Below the pieces are notes generated by a model. It saw only the letters and a program-made list of their open reading frames with translations, did not search any database and was not told the DNA's origin. Made by a program: the position numbers and the translations under genes. DNA of 64,000 nucleotides from Guillardia theta CCMP2712 (lineage: Eukaryota > Protista > Cryptophyta): NCBI RefSeq assembly GCF_000315625.1, contig NW_005434614.1, positions 31,253 through 95,252 of the forward strand. Direction: 5' to 3'. This document shows, one piece after another, positions 24,007 to 37,139 of this stretch (within the stretch, counting starts at the first letter, position 1; each line of letters opens with the position of its first letter).

Positions 24007-25232
24007 ATGGGGCAAGTGACCTCAGTCTTACCGCACGAGGGGGGGGGCGGGGCACAGACGACACAGAGCTTGCAGGAGCTGGAGGATGGTAGAGATGGGA
24101 ACGAGTACTTCCTGACGTCCTTCGACCATGGCGGAGCCGCCCTGACGGCTGAAGACGACTTTCTCCTTGCCCGTGCACACGGTACTCTGCTTGACGACTT
24201 CGACGAGGAGGAAGCGAGGAGCAGGAGGAGGGGGGAGGAGGAGTGGACAAGGTACAGCAACAAGCCTGACCTGATCACGTTCGATGATCTCGTGTCCTTG
24301 GACAACGGGGAGGAGAGAGACGTGAGCGACGGGGAGGAGGAGTATCCTCCCGCGAGCGCAAGTGCGTCGGGCCAGGTGCAGGGGAGGAGGAGGAGGGTGT
24401 CGGTGGAGGTGACGGCCGGTGAGAACAGGAGGAGAGTAAGCTGCAGCTCCTGCAAAACCTGAGCGACGTTGAGAGCAAGCTGGTGGACAAGTACCGAGAG
24501 TACGCGCGGCTACACCATGACATCGTGCCGATCAAGGTGAGAAACAAGTTGAGACAACAAACATGCTACCATTTGACTTGCTGATCATGTAGAATCGAGA
24601 CAAGTCGAACCTCTTCTACAGGTTGCTTCCCCTTCTTCCACTCACAACTCCCGCTGATGCTCCTCGCCAGACCGCAGGGACAGTCGCCGGGCTGGCATCC
24701 GGGAGGGAGGTTTGCCTTCCGAGAGGACGCAACGGATGCGATACATGACCTTCAGGTAGAGGAGGAGGAGACAGGAGGAGGTTTGTAGAGACGAGTCTTG
24801 TGATAACAGGAGCGAGAGATTGAGTTGGCCAAAGCTGAGAAGAAGAAATTTTTGAAGGCGATCAAGGACGTGCGTTGGCTCCTCCCTCCCCCCTCCTCCC
24901 TCATTCCTTCCCATCCCTCCTCCCCATCTTGTCACTCTCTACCCCCTCCTCTCTTGCTCTCCTCCTCCCTCCTCCCTCTCCCCTCCCCGCTCCCTCCCCG
25001 CACTCCTCCCCGTGCCTGCTGCAGTGACTGACGGTTGCGAGAGCAGCGGATTGAGCTGAAGAAGCAGAGGGTGAAGAAACACAACCGGGGTGCTCAAGCT
25101 CAAGTTTTCTCCTCGAAGTTCGATGTATGGAAGGGACAAGAACCCATCGACTCTCCTCACGTCTTGCTGCTGCAGCAAGTCCTCGAGCATCAGGAGACTA
25201 TGAAGAAGAAGGCCAAGAACAAGTCACTGTGA
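24007..25232 (+). CDS. Hypothetical protein with N-terminal MG and a Lys-rich coiled-coil C-terminus
   Basis: gccgccATGG Kozak-like start; consistent spliced reading through ...KKKAKNKSL*. Confidence 0.5.
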
Positions 25233-25434
25233 GTCGATGAGTGTGATTTGACAAGGCTCCCCTGACGCTCCTGCTTGCTCCAACAGCAACGCCACCATGA
25301 CGAAACAGCGAGTCATGGAGGAGAGCTGCGAGAGGATGGAGAAGGTGAAGAGCCCATGAAGCAACGCTGCCCTGACAACATGCAAACAAGGACTTGCAAA
25401 TCCATCAGGCGCGGGAGTTACGTCATGCCAACTA

Positions 25435-26087
25435 TTACAAACAGCAGCGAATCCAGGAACTTCCTCCCCCCTTGTGCTCCCCGACGTCTGACAAGTTTAG
25501 CAGGAGGTGGTGGACCGCCGGCTGCACTCCCTCGCTCGTGCTCGGCGATCGATCCACCACATCGAGGTTGAGCAGGAACTACTATGATAAGACAATCGTT
25601 CATTCCCTCCACTTCTGTACTTGCACCTTCCCTCCCTTCACCGAGTCTACCAGCTGCCTTGACTGCGCCAGGTACTTGGACGCCTCCAGCTGCTTGTACG
25701 TCGCCTCCTCCTTCATGTACCTCTAAGTCATCGTCACCATCAAGACCATCTGGACGCAAGACCCCAGCTCACCTCCTGCTGCTCCGCCTCCTTCTTTCTC
25801 AGCTGGTCATAGTCCTTCATCTCCCTCATCTCGTCTCGCGCATACGCAGTCGCGTACTTGGAGACAACCCGCGGAGCGCGCATGATGTCTGCGCCGCTCG
25901 CATGCGCTCGCGCGTGCTTCAGCCTTGTCATCACTCGATGGACCCGCTCTTGCTGCTCCTCGAGCACGGGCTCTTGCCGCTGGACTCGAGACATGGCGAT
26001 CAGGAGGAGGAGGAGGAGGCATGCTGCAGGCGCCAGCAGGCGACCAATGCTCCACTTCACGCTCGTCATCACAGTTACCTTCATCAT
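25435..26087 (-). CDS. Hypothetical signal-anchored protein
   Basis: RLLAPAACLLLLLLIAMS hydrophobic segment followed by coiled-coil exons. Confidence 0.4.
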
Positions 26088-27077
26088 GAAACATCAGCAA
26101 GTCCTAAACCAGGGTCGACCCCTCACAACGTCATGACTCCTCGTTTCATCTCTACATGACCATTGCCCAACCATCAAGCGCTCCGTCGTATGGAGCAGCT
26201 CTCAGCATCTCATCCTCCGCTCGATACCATGTTTAAGCATCACTCGAGATCTCATACACCAGTACTTCTTTACCCGCTCAGCTTCCGCCGCTCCATGGGT
26301 TTCTGCGCTTCAAGTTTCTACCCTTGTGTTCTATATCTCTTATATAGAGCTCCATTGCTCTCTTCGCCCCTGCCCTTTCGCCACATGCTTGTGCATGCAC
26401 CGACCTTGTCGTTGTTCTGTTTGCATTCTCAACTCTAAAGCAAATTCAATCTGCTTCTCGTATGCTCATCATCATGTTCTTGATCATCACATATTCTTCT
26501 CATCCTCCTCATCCTCTGTCCACATAAATGCCATCATAATCGAAGTCATCTCGATCATGATCATCGTAGCATCCTCGCCAGCATCTCCTTCTCAATTTCT
26601 ATCATCTCCATGATCAATTCTCATCTTCAACCTCCTCTCTCCCTTCCTCCTCCTCCTCCTCCTCCTCCTCCTCCTCCTCCTACTCCTCTTACCTCCACTT
26701 CGCTTTCACTTCGCCATACTGGCTCCTCCTGTTCAGGTCACCAAGATCAGTCTCTACCACCCCTACCCCCACATACCCCACAGTCCTACCATAGACTCCA
26801 CCTCTGCACTACCCCCACCCTATCACTTACGACCTTCTACATAACCCCTCCTCACATTCACATTGGGTCCGACGTACCGTACAACACTACCCCCTCTAAT
26901 ACCAGCACCTCCCATTAGAAAGGTGGTACCAATAAGCTGAAAATTACCTACCCTACCCTTACTGCTCCCCAATTTGTTCTGGACCCCTTCAAATTGCATA
27001 TCCCCCACCCCTATTTCACTTCGAACCCCTGCCAGGAATACCCTACCACCCCTAGTGGTACCGACAAGCGATCCGCC

Positions 27078-28988
27078 ATGCCCGGCCCTCTCTCTCGCCT
27101 CCTCTTGCTCCTCCTCCTCCTCTCCGTTGCAGCCCCGGCAGCTCCTGCCTCCTCCCACTCCCCTGTCCTTCATGCTTCCTCGTCCCATGGCCTTAACCCC
27201 TCCCCCTCCTTCCTTGAGCCGAGGATGCAGCCGCGTGAGAGCTATGGGCTATCACTCGAACAGTTCGAGGCTGCGGAAGAACAAGTGCAGGAGGATCAGC
27301 TAGACGCGAAATTCGAGCAAGAAGTGAACGAACTCGATGATCTTGCACAGAGAGCCTCTTCCTTTCATGTAAGAGCTGAGCGCGGGTGAGGACAAGTTAT
27401 GGTGTGAACCTTACAATGCCATGCAGGATCAGTCAGTGGAGCTGTACAAGAAGATTGAGAGCGAGATGGAGTTCAACCAAAGACTCATGCATGCGATCAA
27501 GAATGCGATGCCAGAGATCGACGCCATGCAGAGGAAGCCCTCTGAGAGGACCAACAACGTGGCTGCGATGGGACTAATGAGCGTGAGTGGTTGTCTTTGT
27601 TCAGTAGCTCTGACCCTGATACTATCATGGCAGCGACAGGAAGTCGATACGATGGACACATGGGATGACATGCAGACAAGCTACTTCCCCGCGGAGATCG
27701 GTAGCTCTCCTGTTCACGCCATGCCGAGGATGGGCAGGGAAGGCGGGAAGATGTTGCATGAAAGCCTGCGAGCCGGGTCGTCGATTCCTCACCTTAGAGG
27801 AGGAGGAAACGTCCTGGCGTTGGCAGAGGAGAAGCCCTACACAAGTCAGGAGAGGAAGCTCAACAGGCGTCTCTGCAAGGTCTGTGTGGTGCTGACCGTC
27901 CATGGCTGACTGGTGAGTTGACAGGCCGTTGGCAACGGAAACGAGACAGCGATCCGATCGCTCATCAAGGAGGGTGCGGATCCAAACTACAAGGTCTGCT
28001 ACGTGCAGCATGCTCCTCCCGCTCATCTCCTGCCAGGGATGCTCCCCTCTAGGGTTCAGCGTGATGCATGAAGCCGTGAACAGCAAGCAGATCCGAAGGT
28101 GCCGCCCAGCGCGATCATGCCGGAGCAGAGGGAGGAAGGGCACTGACGTGGTGGTGTGAGCAGCGTCGAAGTTCTTCACTCGCTGGGAGCAGACGTGACC
28201 GTAAGAGACTCTCTCGGCTGGAACCTCCTGCATCAGGCGGCGAACAACGGAGACATGGAGATGGTAAGCGCATACCTCCTTTCTTTGCTACTGCTGCCAC
28301 GTTGATGCCTCCTGCGATCGCCGTGGGGCTCTCCGCGTTGCCTTGAGATCTGCATGCTGGACCTGCTCCTATTGCCGTCGAGGAGGAGGAGGAGGAGGAG
28401 ACTGACTTGCTTCCAGTGCGTCAAGCTTGCCAAGATGGGGGTCTCTGTGGACACGAAGAACAATGCTGGAAGGACGCCGTCGACCGTCGCCAAGACAGCT
28501 GTAAACTGACTTGCCTGACGGCCCTCGGCCGTCGCTCTGATTGCTGGCATGGCAGGGAGCGCGAGAGTGCTACAAGCAGCTGATGCAGATGGAGATGGAC
28601 TTCATCAAGGTTTCTTGCCTTGCGCGCTCGGCGACTGCGCTAAAAACCCTGCTGCAGAGCAAGGCGCAAAGGCCTGTGGAGGAGGAGGAGGACGATGACG
28701 ATGTGAGTGAAGCTGATCGCGTTGATGTCTTGACCTTGTCTCACCCTCGTTACCAGGACGAGGAGGACGACGACGAGGTGTGCACAGCGACGTGACCAGT
28801 CGGACTTTGCGATGATTCATGACGTCCTACAGGACCAAGAGGAGGCACAGCTGAAAAAGCAGCTGGAGGAGGAGCGTGCGGAGCAGGTCAATCATCTCAA
28901 TTGCTCGCCGTGTATCGTTTTTTTCACCGCATACAAACAGGAGAAAAAGTTGGCGCAGAAGAAGTCGAGCAGCAAGCAGAAGCAGTAG
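27078..28988 (+). CDS. Signal-peptide-bearing ankyrin-repeat protein
   Basis: MPGPLSRLLLLLLLLSVAA leader; AVGNGNETAIRSLIKEGADPNYK, LGADVTVRDSLGWNLLHQAANNGD, GVSVDTKNNAGRTP. Confidence 0.8.
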
Positions 28989-29074
28989 AAAAGGAGGACA
29001 TCAACCGCTCTCCTCCTCCTCCTCCTCTCTCTCTCCTCCTCCTCTCCTCTCCTCCTCCTCCTCCTCTCCTCGCG

Positions 29075-29404
29075 TTAGGTCATGGTGGGGTGGTCGCTGC
29101 CGCTGTCTCGCTGCACCACGCAGATCCCCGCGCGCTCTCTGCGCAGCTCCATCTGCCCCTGCATGTCAGCACGAGGAATACGTCGAGTCTTGTGGTTACA
29201 AGGAGAAGAGCTGGGGGAGGTGGTGGAAAGAAAGGGGGTGTAATTTTTCTTGTGGGTTGACGAAGAGGAGGAGGAGGAAAAGGAAGATTAGAAAATCAAT
29301 GAGTGACCTGATAACAAATTTCACTGTTTTGATCTCCTGCTGCTTGTCGAGCCTGAACACGATTGTCATGAAGAAATATTATCTCCATCATCATCACAAC
29401 CACT

Positions 29405-29438
<34 letters not shown>

Positions 29439-30000
29439 TCATTATCTCTTTCTCCATCTCCATTGTCATCGTTTCAGGTCACCATCGTCAAGTGGACGGT
29501 TGTTCCAGCCCGTCCCAGCAATTTAGTTCGAAGTTCGTTGGCCTGCGGAGGAGGATAAGGTACAGGATAGGCTACTCCCCAGCCCCTCATCTCTCCTCGT
29601 CCTCCTATCCCATCCTCGGCTTGTAACTCCTCCCCGTCCATGTCCCTTTCTCTTTTAATCCTCCTCAGGCAATCCTCCTCTTACTCCTTCTCCGTCTCCG
29701 TCTCACCCTACTCTCCCCGCAATCCTTCCCCCCTCCTTCCCGTCCTCCTCTTCCTCCTCTCCCAATCCCTTGTTCTCACCGTGCAGGAACCAACAAACGG
29801 ATGCCCATCCACTTCAACGATCCTGCTCAGCCTCTTACTCTCCTCTCCTCCACTGCAGGAAGTCAGTCCTACCTGTCCCCCGCCCTGATCACGTGGCCCC
29901 ATCCCTCTCGCTCGCATCGTTCATTGTGTCGGGAGGCACTGCTCTCGGGGAGGATAGAAAAGACAACCTAGAGGAAGCGATCAACAAAAGGAGGAGGATC

Positions 30001-30062
<62 letters not shown>

Positions 30063-31950
30063 CAAGTGGTGGTGATAGTGGTGGTCGTGATAATGGCGGT
30101 GGTGGAGGAGGAGATTTCTCACTAGGTTTCCACTCCTGTCGAGTCTGAACATAATGCCGCAACTGACGCCGCTCTCACCGCCTGCTCCCTCCTCAAGGCA
30201 CCTGCAGCACCAGCAGCGTCATGCTACAGGAACGTCCCTCCTTGATCCTTCATCTCTCACTCGTCAAGGAGGAAGGACGTCTCCGATCCCTCCAGCGCCA
30301 GCGCCTCCATCATCTCCTCCGTCACGTCCTCGTCCTCAACCCCCGTCGCTGACACCGAGAAGGCGTTCCGGAAGATGCCCCGCACGTTGGGCTTCGATCC
30401 CAGCAGGAAGTTCTTGAGAGCTTGTCGCTTCCACCCTCTCACCCTCCCCTTCTCCTTCCCGCTCACCTGAAGCCCCCCCCTGCCCGCCTCCTCCGCCTGC
30501 CGATGCCCACTGGCGTGCCGCACCTGCTGCTTCTCCTCCTCCTTCTCCTCCCGATGGTGCACTCTTGTCTCGTCCATCGTCCTCCTCTCGATCGACCGTA
30601 GGTCGTCATGGTTCTTGCAGCAGCTGACTTCTCCCGGGATCCCCCATGGCGGGTTGGCAGGGTCGACCTGCGCGATCGCCATGGAGATCCTCTCAACCCA
30701 CTTCTCGGCCTCTGCGAGGGAGGACGACTGCATGTACCAGGAGGCGCTCTCCCTCCCCTCCCCCTCCACCACCTGCAGCACATGATTCTCGGCATCTACC
30801 AGCGCTACCCTCGACTTGGGTTGCAGCAGGATTTGACCCCTGGGGAGCTTCACGCCTTCGGAGATCTTGAAGTAGGACAGGATCCCGTACTGCAGGAGGA
30901 ACTTCCTCCGTACCCACTTCTTCCTCCACTTGTCCCCCCTCTTGGTCAAGAACCCTTCGTGCCTGATCGTCGGCGCATGCTCCCTTCCCCTCCCCACCTC
31001 CTCCCCCGATGCGCTCGCTGTCATCCATTCGTGGATCCGTTCTGCATTCTTGTAGAGCGCATCTTCGCCGGCACTCAACCTCTCATCCTCTTCCTCCTCT
31101 GCTTCATCTTCCTGCCCCTCCTGCCCCTTCTGTTCCTCCTGCTGTCCCTCCTGCTGTCCCTCCTGCTGTCCCTCCTGCTGTCCCTCCTGCTGTCCCTCCT
31201 GCTGTCCCTCCTGCTGTCCCTCCTCCTGCCCCTCCTCCTGCCCCTCCTCCTGCCCCTCCTGCCCCTCCTCTCCCTCCTGAGCTCTCGAGGCTACCGGTTC
31301 CTGCCCCTGTACACCTTCCACTTGCCCTGCTTCAACTGCTGCATCCTCCTCCCATCTCCCTTCCTCTCCCTCGTTCTCTCCTTCATGCTCCCTCTGCTCG
31401 CCCTCCCCGCCGCCATCGCCACCTCCCCCGCCCCCTCCACCTCCTTGGGCATTGCGCCTCTTCCCCTTTTTCCCCTGCGACTCTTTAGGGTGCTGCCCCC
31501 CGAAGCGTCCCCTGCCGTCCCCGTCCCCTGCCGCCGATGCGCTGCTATGACGAATCCGCTGACTGCTCTGACTTTCTCCCCCGTCCTCCCCCTCCTCTCC
31601 ACCACCTGGAAGTACTCCATCGCACCTCCTCCTCACTCCCTCCATCACCCTTTCTCCTCAATCGGATCCCTGGGCATGCTGTTGGAAGAGATGGAAAACG
31701 TCGAGTTGAAGTATGTATTATGAAACAAGAAAAGGACACGGGAGGAAATGAAGACAAAATTTGCACCAATCTCGACCTCAACACGCCTGCGTCCTTCTCC
31801 CCGTCCTCTCCACCAACACGTTCTCCTCCGCCTCCTCCATCCCTTCGACAGAAGCACATCTGCTCTCGAACCAACTTCGTCGACACGTAGACGTCCTCGC
31901 TGTCTCGGCCCCCCTCATGCACAAGGCCCGCGTGATACTTCTCCACTTCC
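29075..31950 (-). CDS. PH-domain + PDZ-like protein with a QQEG repeat
   Basis: HEGFLTKRGDKWRKKWVRRKFLLQYGILSYF...AEKWVERI (PH); GIMFRLDRSGNL..VFSILPESSA..IRAGDR..IVEVDG (PDZ-like); ends approximate. Confidence 0.75.
31130..31265 (-). repeat. Coding 12-bp tandem repeat (QQEG/QEEG)n
   Basis: (cctcctgctgtc)n grading into (cctcctcctgcc)n. Confidence 0.9.
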
Positions 31951-31987
31951 TCCTCCTCCTCCTCCTGTTGACTCCTTCCCTCCACCT

Positions 31988-34028
31988 CATCGTCTGTAGT
32001 AGTAACCGTATCCTTGTCCGTGCGCCCCCGGGGCTCCTGGGGATCCTGGCGACCCGTGCGCCCCCTGTCCGGTAGTGAGCCACGAGCATCAGCAAGGTCA
32101 TCGCGCTTACGTTCGATCCTGGTGCTCCCGACACACCAGGGGCTCCCGGCGCGCCATGCGCTCCAGGTACTCCTCCCTGCCGTCATGTCAGCGCCGGCCA
32201 CCGGGTTGCGCCCGACTGTACTCACCGCTCCGTTGAGCCCGGGGGCTCCTTGCGTTCCTGGGGCTCCTGCAGAGAGAGGTCAAGAGAGGAGGAGGTGTGA
32301 GGAGCTCAGAGTCCTCACCAGCCGGGCCGGGCAGACCGTTGAGCCCAGCTGGGCCCGGCTGCCCGGGGATTCCTGGAGCGCCCATGGCCCCCTGAGGTCC
32401 AGCGATGCCGGGAAGACCGTGAGGTCCCATCGGGCCCACTGGGCCTGGCACGCCGTTCTCTCCTCGCGGTCCCTCCTGCCCTGGTGGGCCGGGGGGTCCT
32501 GGGGCTCCGGGCTGACCAGCCGGTCCAGACTGACCCGGAGGACCCTGCGGGCCCGTTGCTCCAGTCGCCCCGGGGCTCCCATCCTCTCCCGCAGGTCCGA
32601 CTGGCCCACTAGGCCCTGGCGCTCCCATGGGTCCAGGAAGTCCAGGTGCCCCAGGGATCGAGTGTCCTGTCGCTCCACGGGGGCCACGAATTCCCGGGTC
32701 TCCCCGAGGCCCGACGGCTCCTGGTGGGCCGGTGAGACCTGGTGGTCCCTGCAGACCCATCGGGCCTGGCTTCCCTCTGTAGCCTCGCGGGCCCTCCGGT
32801 CCCGGGATCCCATCCCGACCTGCCAGTCCTGGAGGTCCTTGGGGTCCCATGGGTCCCATGGGTCCAGTTCTTCCTGGACTTCCCGCCACGCCCTGTGCAT
32901 CTCCGTGTGAGGTGAAGGAGGAGAAGGAGGAGAAAGAAAAGGAGAATGGTCGTCACCTGCAACCCGGGCGGTCCCATCTTGCCTGTAATGGTGTCAAGTC
33001 ATGGCCTGAAACACTGGGCAAGGGCGCTACTGCTCACCTGCTATTCCTGCTGGTCCCATGGGTCCTGGCACACCACGAGGTCCAGGAGGAGGCTGCTCCC
33101 GGCTCAGCCTCTCGAGCTCTCTTCGCAATCGATCATATCTATCGCACAACCTCAGGCTCACAGAAAGGTTGAACAACAAGGGAAACCGTTGCTTCAGTTG
33201 CGAGTTGCGCTTCTCCAGACCTTCGATCTCGTCTTGCTGCTCGCTGCGGATGGAGTGAAACTCCTTCTCCTCCAGCGCTTGCCTGGTTTCACTGTTTGAT
33301 TGTTCAGACTCGCAAACGGGGCTTCCAGGAAAGCAAACTCACGTCAGCTGAGCAATCTGTGACAACCTGTCGAACTCCTCCTTGACCGTAGGGATGATTT
33401 GGGCTTGTGTCACTGTAACTCGAGGAGCTGCGCCTCTGTGCACTGTAACAGCGCCCAGTGGTCCTCCCTGTACGACGATACTCCCAGAAGCCTTCGAAGG
33501 CACAACATCAGCAGCTTCGTCGCTTACATCGGCTAGGGATTGCGAGAAGTCATGGTTCACAAAGTGCCCTGTCAGGGTCACGCCTGAACTAAGAAGAGAG
33601 GAGTTGTGCGAAATGGCGGTCTGCGAAGAAGGCAAATCAGTGAAACGAAAGCCAAGGGGATTCAATAGACGGAAAGCAACATGGCGAACAAGTGTCTTTG
33701 GCAACAAGAAACCCACTGAAACATGATTGATTGAAACTAGCTTTCTCGATTATTGTAACATCTACACTATCACAATCTCTTCATGTCTTCCAGCAGTTGG
33801 CCACAAAACTTCTCGCTGGTGTATGCCACACCCAACACCTCAGCCTTATTTCCCATCTTCGTTTCCACTCCTCCCTCACCCCAATCCTTTGATCATACCA
33901 TCACCAACTTCTCTCTGCCTTCTCCATACTCCATTTATTCCTCCTCCATTTTCCTCCATAGTCACCTGCAGAGCCGCCATGATCAGCAACAAGGCGCTTC
34001 CTCCCGCCAGCCATCGCACAGGCTCCAT
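31988..34028 (-). CDS. Collagen-like Gly-X-Y repeat protein with N-terminal hydrophobic leader
   Basis: Roughly 60 Gly-X-Y triplets in exon ~32310-32900 plus flanking GXY exons; leader [21 protein letters not shown]; ends [10 protein letters not shown]. Confidence 0.85.
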
Positions 34029-34128
34029 GGCGGCTCTTCGCACAGACCCCACCCCAACATATTCCACAGAAAAATCTAGAAAAGGGTGGGTAGGTGTCCT
34101 GTTCTAATACTACCCCGTCAGAACATAT

Positions 34129-34470
34129 GGTGTCAGGGGGTACTGGTCAGCCCGGGCTGTGCCTCTGGTGACGGCGAGTGCCAGTGCGGCGCAGCCGCCG
34201 CCGGGGGCCGGGCCGCCCGGCCCGGCCAGTCACTGATTACTAGTACCATACCTTTTACTCAAAGTTTAGTTAAAAATCAGTACGAAGGACAACTCGGGAG
34301 GCTTGACCCTGACACCGCGGCCATGCCGCCGGGCGCCGGCACTGCTCAGCCTGGCAGTGATGGCCGGCGGGCGGCCCCGGACCGTGCGGGCCCGGCGGGC
34401 CGCCGCCGGCGGCCCGGGCCCGGCGGCCGCGCGCAGCGGCCGGGCTGACCCCGGTCGGACCGTGAAAGTT
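34129..34470. repeat. GC-rich palindrome island A
   Basis: Inverted pairs ggtgtcaggg 34129/ccctgacacc 34307 and ggtcagcccgg 34145/ccgggctgacc 34440; palindrome cagcccgggctg. Confidence 0.65.
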
Positions 34471-35703
34471 ACTGAAGGGACACCCCTACCCCAATAGATC
34501 CAGTTAGAAGTACCCCACCCTGTCTGTTCCTTCCTTCTCCGAGTCGGCCCCCCGTCTGCCACTGGCTTTACTACCCCCTCCTAATTGAACTGACCCTGTG
34601 ATCTATCACCCATTTGCTGCGGAAGGATGGGGTACTATGAATACCCCACCCTATAAACAGAGGATAACATCTGGACCCACCTTGCCTGTATCAAGCTATA
34701 AAATACCTTTTCTCCTCCCTCCACCCCTCCTTTCGAACAAATTTTCGCGAAAGGGAAAGCTGCCCACCCCTACCTACTCAGTAGTACCCCTGTATTCCCA
34801 CGTGTGCGAGAACCCCACGCAACATACGCCAGGTACCCGTACCCTTGACCTGATCCTCTACCACCGGTCAAAATTCAAGGGGAAATAACCCCTGGTCCCT
34901 CCTCCTTCTATGCCGCCGGCGCCGCCTTTTGGAACAGCGGCATGAGCACTGATTGAAAGGACCGCCCCCTTACCCCCTTACTTCCTTTATCTCCCTTTTC
35001 ATCTTCCTCCAGTTTCTATCTTAACGCGTTTCTCCTTGTGCCATCCCTTCCTGCTGGGGTCTGTGGATTTCTTGAACATTTTCAAGGATCTCCTGAGGCA
35101 CGGCAAAACTCAATTTTTGGGAAGTTTGCCAGCCGTATTGCTCCTTCCACTTGCTCAATTGCAAGATTTATCTTCCTTTCTCCACTCAGCATCGTTCTAA
35201 CCTGGTGGAACCAATCGAGTACGCTACAGCGCTGTCATCGCTTCGAAGCCGCCTCCGTTCTCTTAGAATCGAGGTGAATCTTTGAGGTCAGTGCAGAGGT
35301 TCTGTTCTCCGAGAAACGAAAGAAAGATGCATGCTGGTAAGGATGATGGGACCTGAGGTTGTCTCGGAGAGTGGGCAAGGAAGACGAAGCTCTTAAGCGC
35401 AGACGATCGTCGTGGCTGGATCACCTCTACGCTCGCTGTTGCCTCCCTCCCATCTTCTTTTGATGTGTTTGGCAAGGATTGAAACAGTTTAGGGGATTTC
35501 AGCTAGATCACTATTCCATTATGAGATCGAGAAGCCTTTCTTTAGGACATACATCACGTTTGTGGAACTTTGTTGAAGATCCGGAGTTGGGTGGGGCAAA
35601 ACTCAATCGAGGGCATATGGTGATTTCGAGGAAACGATGCAGTCAGCAAGCGATTCATCAAGCATCAGAAAGAAGGCTTTCAAGCTCTTCAACGCACAGG
35701 AAG

Positions 35704-37104
35704 ATGGCAATGTCTCTGCTCATCATGTGTATTGTACCTTTGTTTGGAACCTGTAGCGCGAACATAGTCAATGAAGGCAGTATAATGCCATTGGCTGGTA
35801 GTGGCGCAGCGAGCTCTTCTCCAGCCTATGCGAATAGCTTTGAAATCTGGAACATGCACAACAGGTGAGATTCAATGTGATTCATGCCAGAGCATATGCA
35901 TGTATGCCGCTTTCCTTTGTGACTTGTGCGTTCATCTCGTTGATTTGTCCAGTTCCAACACCTCGCAGCACACAACTGACTGGGCTGAACCTTGTGCAGA
36001 CGAAGATTCTCGTCATCTCCCGTCACCTTTCGAGTTCAATGCGAGACGAAGTTCGGCTGGGAGGTGTGCGTGACCGGCGGGTGTGAGGCTCTTGGCTATT
36101 GGGACCCTCATCACGCGCTCCTTCTTCGGACGGACCCGGCTCGCTATCCTATATGGGAGGGAGTTGGGCAGTTGCCTGGGGGTTGCGATATCGAGTACAA
36201 ATATTTCGTTCGACCGCGGGAAAAGTAGAGCTGCCGTGTTGATGTACATCGTGACGACCTCACATTGGGATTGCAGGTCAGAGCTTGCATGCTGGGAATC
36301 GTGCCCGAATAGGGTCGTTCGCACGGGGGTAACAGAGAAAGTAAGTGAAGCTGCTGTGGTTGCCGAGGATGCTCCTTCCATTGCTTTTGCTTCTTGATTC
36401 TCTGAGATTGGGTGGATCTTTGACTTCAATTGCTGACTGCGTTGCAAAGGCTATACTCCTTGTGACCGACCCGGACAAGATCACGCCGGAAGAGTTAGAG
36501 CGCCAGGTTGAAGAAAACCCAACAAATATTCTTTTCCATGATTGTCTTCACGCTTGTTGTGGCCTTTGGGTATTCTCATACTATGATTCCCAGGAGATGT
36601 TGACTTCGCAGTACTTCCGAGACTGGACGACTCTGTCGGCTCCTTTCAGTTCCACTCTGATCTTCAATACTGCCAGGCCTCAGGAGGTTCTCCTCTTCCT
36701 ATCCCGCACGTCTTGCCTCTGCAAGCAGGTTCACACCTATGCAGGACTTCAAGGAGCTGCTTGAAGACGAAGCATTCCAGAGGCCATGCGGTGAGCTCCT
36801 CTAGCTATCGACGCTCCGGACTTACTCCCGCTCTCGCCCAGCTCTCGTGTTCTGCAGAGACTCAGGGACGGAGATCTTTGTCCGAGACTACGACACTCCG
36901 CAGATCGAGGGGTTGAACGGAAACGAGCCACTTCTCAGCACGAGACCGGAGGATGGAGCAGAGAATGGGGAGGACGATGAGGTTTTTGTTCATCTGGCGT
37001 TGGTGTTGGCATTAACCGATTCATCACAACAGGGCATAAGGTACACAGAATATCCTAATGAATCGGGATGGCGTGTAGGAACTGATGTAAATTCCTTGGA
37101 CTAG
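35704..37104 (+). CDS. CBM20 starch-binding domain protein with signal peptide
   Basis: VTFRVQCETKFGWEVCVTGGCEALGYWDPHHALLL..YPIWEG..IEYKYF..WESCPNR; leader MAMSLLIMCIVPLFGTCSA. Confidence 0.8.
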
Positions 37105-37139
37105 CATGTTACTCTTCTCAGTCGAATTGTAATGAACTA

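Noticed and set aside
30608-32910. Long + strand ORFs (371 aa and 298 aa)
   Set aside because: Antisense shadows of the GC-rich PH and collagen exons
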